Shown here: positions 25,557-36,161 of the stretch, piece by piece
Position numbering within the stretch: the first letter of the stretch is position 1
How the letters are laid out: each line of letters opens with the position of its first letter
NCBI GenBank assembly: GCA_900088475.1
Contig: FLMG01004374.1
Location: 62,001-126,000 of the forward strand
Direction: 5' to 3'
DNA from: Hyphochytrium catenoides
Lineage: Eukaryota > Protista > Hyphochytriomycota
Length of the DNA: 64,000 bases
Notes under the pieces: model-generated
What the model saw: only the letters and a program-made list of their open reading frames with translations
Databases searched by the model: none
Told to the model about the DNA's origin: nothing
Made by a program: the position numbers and the translations under genes

Positions 25557-26700
25557 GGCCAGAGTAACCTACGGTCGGCCCTCTTACTGCTGGACCTTGC
25601 CCCTGCTTATAAGGTCTTGCTTCTCCAATGCACGATCATCTCTCTTCGACCAAGTTGCAAGTGTGAGAATGCTCCTAAGGAGCGTCCCTTCTTCCCTTCG
25701 TTATATATATACAGAGCTGGCCCGATGCGGCATGGGCTCATTGGCGCCGCCACTATAGGAAACTCGTTCTCATCGAGTAGTAGTAATATCTTCTAACCCC
25801 CAGAATTATCCTGTAAGGGGACGGATCCGTTCTTAATAATAGGCCGCGAGTTGGTGATGGCTCACTGTGAAGTTTATTGGCAAGTGTCAAGCGGCGAGAA
25901 GCTGCTGAATGAGATGTCTATGGACACAGCAGCAACAGTGCCACATGATGTTTGCCTCTTAATGAAATAGAGTCAGAAAGGTGTGTCTCACTTTCTCTAT
26001 GTCCGCTATGATATTATTTGGCATGCTCTTGGGACCGCTTTTGTCTATGAGTGAGTCTCAAACAGAAGGCACAATCGGGAACCTTCAGTAGAAGGAAAGA
26101 GCCCTGGGGTTGCCCAGTTAGCAATGTTAAATGCCAGTACAATGGGTAGGCCAAGATTGGTCATTAGATACTTCTCGCAAGTAGAGCCACTCAGCCACAA
26201 TGTTCAGGGCCACATTGGCTCGCTCGAATCTTGCTGAGCGTTTGCTAACTAGCATGTACGTCATGATATCTCTGATGGATCTAACCCCGAAGAGCCTTGT
26301 ATAAGGAAGTGGGTAAGAAGAACCGGGACAGCAGACAGGAACTGTTTGTAAAAGGCGGCATTACGGAAGAGCCCTTATGGAGGAAGGTTGAGGCTTGGCC
26401 CCTGTCGTTAAAGGTATTATGCCACTGAGTCAATCGCTAGTCATGTACAAAGAGGTGTCACTTGCAGAAGCAAGGCCACGGAGGGTCCTCAGCTCTCCCG
26501 TTGTGATAACAGTGAAGGGTGTAATGCTGGCAAAGAGCCGATAGTGCCGCCATATGAAATATCCCGAAGACATGTAAACAATGGCTTCTAAGCTGGCAGA
26601 AAGAAGGCTATGAAGCAGTTAGTAACCCGAGCATCGCAGCTTATGATGCAGGCTTCTGCTCTATGCAAGGCGCAGTAACGCCATTGCTTGATAGTGCCGT

Positions 26701-27176
26701 CTAGCCTTCAACTACGTGGTAGCGGTCACGCGTGTCTGCAAATTTTGGCAAAATCTCCCTCAGAGACAGAGCAAAAGTTGCACCTCACACCGCAACTTAC
26801 CTCTAGGTTTCGGTCGGCCCCCAGTCATGCTTCTGTACGAACCGTAAGCTAGTGCAGCCAGCGTCACTCCTTGGGCAAGGACTCTGGCCCTCATAAACTT
26901 GTTTTGCTTCTTCGAATCCCCTCGGATAAAAGAAACAAGGCCGCCGCTTAGGATAAGTATGGTCGCCGCCGCACCTATGCCCAGAGAGCGTAAACGATTG
27001 AAGGGGCTGGGTTACAATCTAGCCATTAAGTTGGCACCTATGGGAATGATCGGATCCTGTTTCGCCTTAGCCCAGAAACGGTCCATCCCTGTCATCGGGG
27101 GATGGCGGTGATCACTAAAGTCAGAAAGGTTGGCTTCAGGCACCGACTGGCCACGTGCATCTTCTGGATATGGCAT
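26701..27176 (-). CDS. HIG1-domain (Rcf1/HIGD-like) mitochondrial inner-membrane protein, 3 exons
   Basis: Spliced MPYPEDARG...DRFWAKAKQDPIIPI|GAAATILILSGGLVSFIRGDSKKQNKFMRARVLAQGVTLAALAYG...PR|DTRDRYHVVEG*. It contains the HIG1 (Q)xxMRxRVxAQ motif and two TM segments. Confidence 0.88.
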
Positions 27177-27563
27177 TGCTACTCGCTCAGAAAAGCCGGA
27201 CCAGCGGCGCAATCTGCCCTTCTCACGGCCAGCGTTTGTCTCCAACAATATCCGGAAGCAAAGCACTCGGCACCTAACGAGCAGCTCTGCAGTTCACTGC
27301 TGGCGCTGCGAATCGACCAAGCAAGTTACAGACTGAATGATGCGTACCAAGCTAGAAGGAAGAAGTGTTTGGGACAAGTAAGTAACTAGAACAGCCCAGT
27401 TAGTCGGTAACGACAATGAGTGACGCACACAAAGACTCAAAAAGTCTTCTTCTTCTCTTGCTTCTTGTCGAAGGTTGACAAAGTCATCAACAGCCTTTCA
27501 CCAGCTGGTGATCATCACGACTTTCCTCAGCTCACAGCTGTATTACCAAGTTTCCTAAGGTCC

Positions 27564-28121
27564 ATGTCAAGGTGTACCTGGAGCGCTTCTTTTGCTCTTT
27601 GTAACTCTTAGTAGTATCGTAGGACGTAGGGATAGGCACTGGTATCCCATTAATCCGGTTGCTCACGCGAGGCTCAAACACAGGTGTGGTGTGCACCCTT
27701 ATCTTGGTTCAGAGTTCTTGAGAAGACTTGGTTCGAGAGGAGCGGACGCAAGATGTTTTTACCCTTTCGCAACATCACCAGTCGCCAGAGGTGCTGTTCA
27801 AGACTTACTGTTATTACTTTCCCGTCATACGGACTGAGACTTCACCTTTGTTCTTCCTGCAATCCCTTTGGCAGTATGATGGCATGGGGTGCCTGCGCGG
27901 TCCTCACTGGAATTTGGTACATGCTGGACGACTATGAGAAGAAACATCCTAGAGTAAATCCAGAGCGACGGGTAAGACCAGTCTCCGCTGGTGAATGCCA
28001 GGCTTTATTATTGACTTGGAGTATCATCGTTTCACAGGCCTGGTCAGAGGTTGACAAGTACTATAATAAAGGCAGGGGCCAGCAAGAGCTGGGGGACAAG
28101 GGGAGAGATGCTACTACTTAG
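27564..28121 (+). CDS. Small (~88 aa) single-TM hypothetical protein, 4 exons
   Basis: In-frame GT-AG splicing gives MSRVLEKTWFERSGRKMFLPFRNITSRQSMMAWGACAVLTGIWYMLDDYEKKHPRVNPERRAWSEVDKYYNKGRGQQELGDKGRDATT*. No family recognised. Confidence 0.6.
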
Positions 28122-28314
28122 ACGTAAGAGCTCTATCAGTGGTGGTTGGCTTGCCGATCACTCATCGCGAGATGCTACCACTTAGACGTAAGAGCTCTAT
28201 CAGTGGTGGTTGGCTGGCCGATCACTCATCGCGAGATGCTATTACGTAGACGTAAGAGCTCTATCAGTGGTGGTTGGCTGGCCGATCACTCATCGCGAGA
28301 TGCAACTACTTAGA
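28105..28314. repeat. 64-bp tandem repeat, about 3.3 copies, starting across the stop codon of the upstream small gene
   Basis: Units start at 28105, 28169, 28233 and 28297 (partial). Unit sequence gagatgctactacttagacgtaagagctctatcagtggtggttggc(t/g)gccgatcactcatcgc-like, with a few substitutions between copies. Confidence 0.97.
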
Positions 28315-28733
28315 TGAAAGGGGCATATGGTAGACAACGTTTGCCAAGTACAGGCGACGAAGTGCTTTATTAAAGGGGATAGATGCCGGACGTTTGAACG
28401 TCAAGCAATAGAGAAGGAGAAGCAATCTGCTGCGCATGTCACAGGAGCTGCAGAAACAGAGGCAGGGCCATGGTGCTCACACTCATTGTGTGGGGAATGA
28501 GAGCCACTTTTTGGTAAAGTATTTTCTCTATTATACGCTCAACATTAGCTATTTATGCTGTTTCGATTGTAACACCCAAGCCCTTCGAGGAGCCCAATAA
28601 ATTATAAGAGACAGACGGGCACATCATCACATCCCACGCGGCACACTCCGCTTGACTAGATCTAGTAGATTTTCATCCAATGACTGCACGGATACAGGTT
28701 GGAAGACTTTCTCCTGGTCAAGTGGAATAAAGA

Positions 28734-29833
28734 TTATCGCGCAGCAGCGGGAATGCGAGAGAAGCCATTGATACGACAAAAAGGGTGCTGCATGTGAATA
28801 TCAGTGGGTTTCCTGCCATTCGTGGCGCCGTGCATGGCTTCAGAGTTGGCTAGGGACCCAAGTATAAAGGCCGTCAGCGCTTCATCACGACTAATGCCAC
28901 GGTCCATTTGAGGGACGAATGGCTCTTTCGCTGCACTCGGGGCGGCAAAGAAAGCTGACTCCGCCATAGCACCGATTGACTGGGTAATTTGTTGCTGCAG
29001 GAGAGTCAAATGCTTTACTGTGGGCAAGGTGACCATTTTCTTGTGTGAAACCTCTATCACTGGTTTCCCAGTGTCACGCCCAGAAAGCAGAGACGCACAT
29101 CGACCTGAACCAAACGCTGGCGGAAGTGGCGGTCCTTCCGCCTTCTCCATGATCATTGCAATGGGAGAGTCACTTCGATCGCTGTCATCCGTAGATTGGG
29201 AGGAAAGCGAAGAGTTGCGGCTAAGCCCTGGCTTGCATCTAGCTCCAGGAATCTGTCTTGGCAGCTCTTGGCTGGAACCCTCACTAGCTTTCTTGTTTGC
29301 GTCCTTTCCGACATTTCTTTTCTTGATGAGGCGAACTCTGTCTTTGTCACCACGAGTAAAGTTTTCACTGTAGTAGGTCGCGGGTTTGGACCCTGGGCGC
29401 TGAGCAAGGAAGCCATGATAGTTCAATTGCCTGGTGAAGCTGTGATACTTGCTGTCTGTTAGGATGTAAGGGAAACAGACGCGTCAGAAATGACCGAATG
29501 TGCTATTCCACGCACATGGCAGCACTCTTACGTTTGAAGTACTTGGGAAGGACCTCATTCTCCAGCCGAACACGGTCATGAATTTGAAATGCTCGCCCAT
29601 CTGAGTGGAGGTCAATAAAACGAGAGGTTAGGCCTTATGATGAGCTTATCTCAGAGGTCTACCGATACATCCTTACCTGCGGTCCATGAAAGAACGGAGC
29701 TATCCTCTGTATCTAGCATCTGGATTAAGCAACCCACGAAAGACCGTGGGGACGACATCCATAGCGCCCGGCCTTCTTTTGCCGTGCCGTCCTTTGAGAC
29801 GGCTGAGCGCTTATCTGGGAAGACGGAGGGCAT
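28734..29833 (-). CDS. HSF-type DNA-binding transcription factor (paralog A), 3 exons
   Basis: SFVGCLIQMLDTEDSSVLSWTA|DGRAFQIHDRVRLENEVLPKYFK|HSKYHSFTRQLNYHGF...ENFTRGDKDRVRLIKKR is an HSF DBD. Introns 29601-29676 and 29456-29531. Confidence 0.92.
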
Positions 29834-32800
29834 CGTGACTAACTAATGGGGACTAGGGACAGCCGAACGCCGCTTAGTAAAGGAGTTTAGCCCGTGGGGT
29901 TGACTGACTGCAACTTCAAAGTTTGGACGCTTTTGAAGACTGAGCTTCTTGAACACGGTGTTGAAGAAGGAAGACTGGTCCGACAGGAAGTGGTGGTGCC
30001 CCTTCAGACGAAGACCAAAAGCTTTTGTTCCCCTTTCTTTCTGAGCCTGGCCTTCTTATGTGCGGCAGAGCGTTCACAAGGAGGAAGGATGAGGGGCAAG
30101 AGGAGAAACAAAGAAAGAGGAAGATTTTGCTAGCCACGCCCTGCAGGAAAGACTTTCTTGCCCTACCATATCCTACTACTCGTCCTTCACTTCCTCCCTC
30201 CTTCCTTCTCTGTCTTTTACCCCTTCGGGAACAGCAAGAGCAGTAAACGGAAGGTTGAGCTTTGTTCTGAGCCGGCGCGGTGCCCCTTTTCAGGCAGAAG
30301 GGGCGAAAGATGAGAGAGACGAGCAGAGAAGGTAAATGTTAAGGAAGGCTGGAAGAGACAGAGTAGGAGTGAAAGGAGGGAGAAGACAAAGAGGTGGCAG
30401 GTTTGGCAGAGAAGGTTCTTACAGTCCAAGAAAGAAGTCACAGTCACCGACTGTGAAAGGTCTACTAACCCTTTCTCATTGCCACAATCCCTAACTTTGA
30501 CGCTACTCTGTCTCGTATAAACGGAGGTGGAACTTCTCAATAGCGATCTGTCTGCTCTATCTCGCCAGCTCTTCACCTCTCTTGACCTCGAAGAGCTAAT
30601 TAACTTGCATCTAACTCTCTCTGTCTCTCGTCTTTGTGCTTTCCATTCTCTCTCGCGCTTGAGAATTCTCTCTTGTGATCGGTGGAAACGGGCAAGAAAA
30701 AGCAAAATCTCCCAAGCGAACGAAAAGAAAGAAACCCCTAAGATTTTGTTCTGATTCTTGGATATCCTACGATTACAAATGGTCGTAGGACCCACTTACA
30801 GCTCCCGCCAAGTGTTCTTGCCCAGAACCGTTGGGACACCACATTAGGCCCTACTACTACAAGGTAAGATGAGGCTCTTGCATAGATCACTAAAGACTCG
30901 ACAGTATTACCACTTCCACTGGACATTTAAATCTCAGAACTTTCTGACGAAACATTCCCACGATAATTGCGAATGTTTCCCTGCACACCTTGTGATTACT
31001 CAGCAATAAATTGCAGATGAATGTTTCAATTAGTTCAGAAGGACTCCATCAGTTGTTCCTGTGCTCCCAGTAACGGAACTTCTGATCGAAAAGGCAAGAA
31101 CAGGGAGATCTGGAGGTTTGAGGAGGAGCTGCCTATGTCAGGAACTGGTCAGGAATCAGGAATCTACTGCGTCCCATCTTTTATCGCCTATTTGATCAGC
31201 AGACTCTTCGTCCTCGGTAGATCATAGCTTACCTCGAGCCAGACGAAGGGCTACTGTTTGTTGCAATACTTGGCTGGCTTCGGCTCTGGAAAACAGTATG
31301 AGCGACAATCGCAATCGCAGCCACCCTCTTCAATACCCAGAAAGCCTCGCATCGCTGAATAGGAAGGCCGGTAATAGCATAGCTAACAAAAAGAGAGAAA
31401 TATTGTTGTTATCTGTTTCAGTTCAAGCTAGCCACATGAGGAAATGGACCTCGCGACCGCGCGAGCCTGATCATGTATATTCAGTCATTTGTTGGACTGA
31501 ACGTGATGACGGCTTGCTAGTATGGTTTGGTTCGCATGATTACTGCTCGTATCGTTCTAGAGAATTTCGCGTGTAAACCTTATTGGGCCTTAAAAAAGAC
31601 AGTGAAATTTCGGTGCATATGCGCAGCCTGGCTAGATACTTAGTAGGGGGGGATGCAGTGGCCATGATGTAAGATGATGTGAAGGCTACTACAGAAGGCA
31701 TGTTGGAGTGATGACCTTTGGCACAGGAATGTGCGTCCATGATCACGAATAAGGCGTCGTCCCACCGCAAAGTGTTGCCCGATGCTTAACTATTCATTGG
31801 ATTTAACTGCTGCAACTTATCACCACGAGCACAGTGGTGGTGTTTAGGATCTGAAAGCCTGAAGTGTTCATTTTCTGTCTGACAAATCTACGAAGAAGCA
31901 GCTCTTCATCCAAGAGCTCTGAGGAATCTTTCGATGGAGCACTACTTCTTATTGAGCCTTGACGTTGGCGCCGCTGCACAATGATTCTCGGCGTCTGCTG
32001 GGTTGCCGCCACGAGGAAAGAAAGCCTTCTTGTTGCAGTTTTGTTGCTATTGATGGATTTCTGGTTCTTTGCAACACTACCCTAGAATAAAAAAAGACAA
32101 TTGAGCACTTCCGTTGGTGCTTGTTAAGGCCTCCTTAGTTGTTGTTGAAGGTACAAAGTGATAGAAAGGGGGGGTCAACTTTGATGACTGCCGAAGAACC
32201 ATTATTTGTGGCATATGGATTGTCGGTCTATGATTGCTGTTTTGAATAACGTTTAGATCGGTTAGACAGAGGCAGGAATAACAACAAGGAGGGGTAAATC
32301 GGCCATTATAAAGATAGGCACTTTCTAAAAGGCAAGTCTCCGTCAATCTTTGAAGGTTGTATTACATGTGTTGTAAATCATCAACACCGTCAGACGACGA
32401 CAGCGATAGATACCTAGAGCATCCTCACTGGCCCGGCAGCTTATTGTGTCTCACTTTGAGTCAACAATTGAAAGGAAGAATGACCAGCACCAAATGATGC
32501 TCCGCCACTGCCCTCTAACCGACACTATGCACTGTTATGACTGTTGCTTTCTGTATAATGCATTTATTTCCTCATGGCTATGTAAATCGCAGACTCGCGA
32601 TCACGTCAGACAAGATGAGAGGTGTCATAGCTGTGTAGAGCGCCGACTCGTGATCAAGTCAGCCGTAAGAATGCTGCTGCCGCGCAGCACTTTTTTTCGT
32701 GACTTATCCTCTTCCCCAAAAATTTTACAACACAAATTCGAAGCAGCGCGCAGCAGCACCAGCAGCATTGTAGCAATAATTTTAGGTGTGCATCACCTAC

Positions 32801-34456
32801 ACAAGATGAAGAACGAGGAATAAATGCTCACCGCCGACTGCAGCAGCATACAATCATAACAGGTGGTGTTCGTGGCGGTACAAAAGAAGAGGTGTTCCTG
32901 GCTATCTGTAAAGTACACTGTTCATGAGACCTTCCTACGGTAATAGAATAGCGGTGCTAGTAGGAGGAAGGACCGGGTTTGCTACAAGAACAAGGACGAC
33001 CGGGTTTGATGCACTTTAAATGTGTTCCACCATTTGAAGGCAGGTCAGCTCTAAGTAGTCCCATCATGGTAATCTCTTGTAGAACTATCAACTATGTGAG
33101 AATAAATGCAAGAACATTATTCATGCCTTGCCCCACATGCGATGGCTAGAAGACTAGGAGTGTACCTTGGCCCTGTGTTTTGTTCTTCTCTGCATCATCA
33201 TTAGTTCTCCCTCCTTACTCATCAACCCCCGCTATGAATAAGGTCGTTACTAGCCCCCTCCATCTATAGACCTGCCATAGTGGCAGGAAGCCGTGTGATT
33301 GATCATAAACCCCAACAGTCGCTGAATGATTCGACATCGTTGAAAAAATCCTAGCCTTTGGAGCTGTCCTATAGATCCATCGAGCTTTTGCTACAGTGAA
33401 GCTTTCATGTCATTCAATAATATTCATTTCTCTGACCTGGCCTTGCCGTTTGCAGCCCCTGAGCTTTTCAAAATCTAAAAGTGTTGCTGTAGTAGTAGGG
33501 CCGCATCAATTCACGCTTTTACGGTTAGATAAGTGCCATAGTAATATCTCAAGTCACACAGTTAGGGCGGGAGAAAACACTCAAGAACAAGAAAAGGGTC
33601 CACAAAAGAACCAGTTTCACCGTCTGACTGCTGTCTAAAGTTAGACTTGTTAGCGATTATGTGGGAAGCAGGGGGTGACCTCGCTCTGCCTTGCATACAC
33701 GGGTACCCCGCCTTCTGAAGTTCTTTCCTTCGTCAGAACCCAATACTAAACTCTCAGACTTTCTCAAGGAAGCCATGTAACCAACGGGCAGTATCGTCAC
33801 AACATCCACCTTAGCTGGAAGCCTCTCCCCTGTTTGCTGCTAGAGGGCAGTCCCCTACAAGAGAGACGAGAATCTGCGAAGAAGAATGTCAGTGAGATAT
33901 AGAAAGGCTAAACAGAGACATAACAATATGCCCACAAATGCCGAGGGGCACAGCGAGAAAGAGTCTGGCAGAATGGGCCCTAGGAGGAAGTGAGAGTAGG
34001 GAGCACTTCTGTAGAGAATCCAAAACCAAACCCAAAAAACAAACACTTGCGAAACTCAGAATCACACCTTAGCAGCTTGAGTAAGATGGCCACGGCATTA
34101 CTACGTCCACAGGCTAACACTAAAAGCTAAGGGCTTTTGCCCATTCTTGGGGAGCCTATTACCGCGACTGTGGGTAGGCGCTACGTGAGGTGTTCATGAA
34201 CCTCAGAATCCATCCGCCCAGTTCCGTTCCGGCCGCTGATGAAGCTTCTTACCGGCTGCTCGGCACAACAAGAATTACGCAGCGCTGACACCGCCAGCTC
34301 AACAGGACAAGTAGAGGCAGCTTGGTGCAGCTCAACGAACCCCTTTTGAAGCCATATAGGCTTCGTAAAGAGCTACGCTTTACCTGTAATCATTAGCTTC
34401 AGAAGGGTCGCCTTATCTGCACAACCATCCGGAAAGGGGTTCAAGGAGTTGCAGTC

Positions 34457-35397
34457 ATGGCGAATACATCCATCCCTTACGTCGCAGTCATGCCAGCGAA
34501 GGCCACCTCAGAAAATGAGAGCCAGGAGAGTTCTAGCAAGGAGATGTCTCGGTCATTCATTGATATATTGGTTGAGATGCTTGAGAAGGAAGACCCACGA
34601 ATCATTTCTTGGAATGCCGGTAGGATGCAGTAACTGTTGGTCTCGTTTCCATAGCGGTCTAACCCCATCCCTTATATAGCTGGTACAGAGGTGCAGATTC
34701 ATGACAAGGGTAGGCTGGAGAAAGAGGTGTTGCCCAAGTTCTTTAAGCGTAAGTAGAGCCATAGTTTCGATCCCACTCCAACTTGAGCTGATGACGGCTT
34801 ATTCTTGCAGATAGCAGATATCACAGTTTCACAAGGCAGCTGAATTACCATGGGTTCCTGATTGTTCGATTTGGGCTAAAGGGTTCTGCTATATACGCCT
34901 GTGAACTGTTCTCTCGAGATAACCTTGAGAAGGCCAAACTGATCAAGCGTCGGGTCACGCGGCGGCGAGACTGTCCCACTAGAAATCAGACTAGGTCTGC
35001 CGAAACTCCCGAGGACGTCAGGAAGGGAGGCAGGAAGCTCTTTGATCTTGAGGCGGATGTGAGCGATGACACCACGTCTGAGGACGTCGAAAGTCCAAAG
35101 CAGTTTGAGTCCGTCGTCCCGGTTTCGAAGAGACTCAAGGCCAACACTCTCTCGCCGATTGAAAATAAGAACTGCATGTCGGGTACACGAAAAATCACGG
35201 CACCCAGGCGGCGGCCTGAACTCAAGGAGAAAGGAATAGGTGAAGGTGGCAAGTTTGTTTCCTATGAGGAGGCCATGACAGCTATGATCCTGGGTTCACT
35301 TGCTAAATCGGCTGAGGTGAAAGTGGAGACCAGACCCTGTGGCCAGCATCCGTTCTTCAGTGTCAACGGATTTATCCCTGTCGGTCACTGCTCGTAG
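34457..35397 (+). CDS. HSF-type DNA-binding transcription factor (paralog B), 3 exons
   Basis: SFIDILVEMLEKEDPRIISWNA|AGTEVQIHDKGRLEKEVLPKFFK|HSRYHSFTRQLNYHGF...ELFSRDNLEKAKLIKRR. Introns 34620-34678 and 34749-34810 lie at the same positions as in paralog A. Confidence 0.92.
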
Positions 35398-36161
35398 CTC
35401 CTTGTCTGTGTATCCTAGCCAACTCGACCGCTGCGTGTTGGCTCTAGCGCTATGGCGCGGATGTTACCGTGGAGGTATATATCTATTTAGCTGTTCGTTG
35501 ACAGAAAGATTAGTGGCCAGACTTCTGGTCTTCCGACGCGGTCGGATAATTATTGCTGGCAAACTGTGTAAAGGAGCTGGCGTTGTACAAAGCCTAGTGG
35601 CATCATTCTATAAAGCTTTATACCCATGAGTCCTCTTCAGCTTTCTTTGTTTGAAGTATCATGCAAGAACGCCTTCAAGCAGTATCGTTTCACTAGCGGT
35701 TAGGGCTAGCGACAAAGTGACAAGCAGAGTACGGTCGAGCTGACCGAGGAATGCTTCTCTTCCTCCTCCGCAGCACTGCACCGCCAGCGGGTCAGCATCG
35801 CAGGAGAATATGAAGTCTGTGTGCGTAAGACGATGTGATGAAGATGTGTAGTCCTCTTGGCACAGTTAGTACATTACTGCTGTCCAACAGAGTTTGAAGC
35901 TCGCCGTTACCTCCTCTCTATAAGCCTCAATAATCTCATTGCATTTGTGCTGGTTGTGCTGATTGATGAGACAATAAGCCATGTCTTTTTGAGACCTCAA
36001 GCTTCTGAAAGCTTCTTCTCTTTCCGACAGGGGTAAGGCCAATATGAGCAAAGCAGCACCTGCAGAACTCCATTCTTCAAAAGCCCTTCTCGATAATTCT
36101 TTGTGTATAAGGTAGGGTGGTCACTGAGAACGAGGACCCCGCTGGGGCTAAAGACAGAGCA

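Noticed and set aside
28105-28314. CRISPR-like array
   Set aside because: Units are contiguous near-identical 64-mers with no unique spacers, the context is eukaryotic, and there are no cas genes.
30217-30795. 192-aa minus-strand ORF upstream of HSF A
   Set aside because: Produced by GA/CT low-complexity tracts; no recognisable motif or splice support.
30934-30946. Heat-shock element (caGAActTTCtg) suggesting HSF autoregulation
   Set aside because: Only two nGAAn units, which is expected by chance in 4.6 kb.
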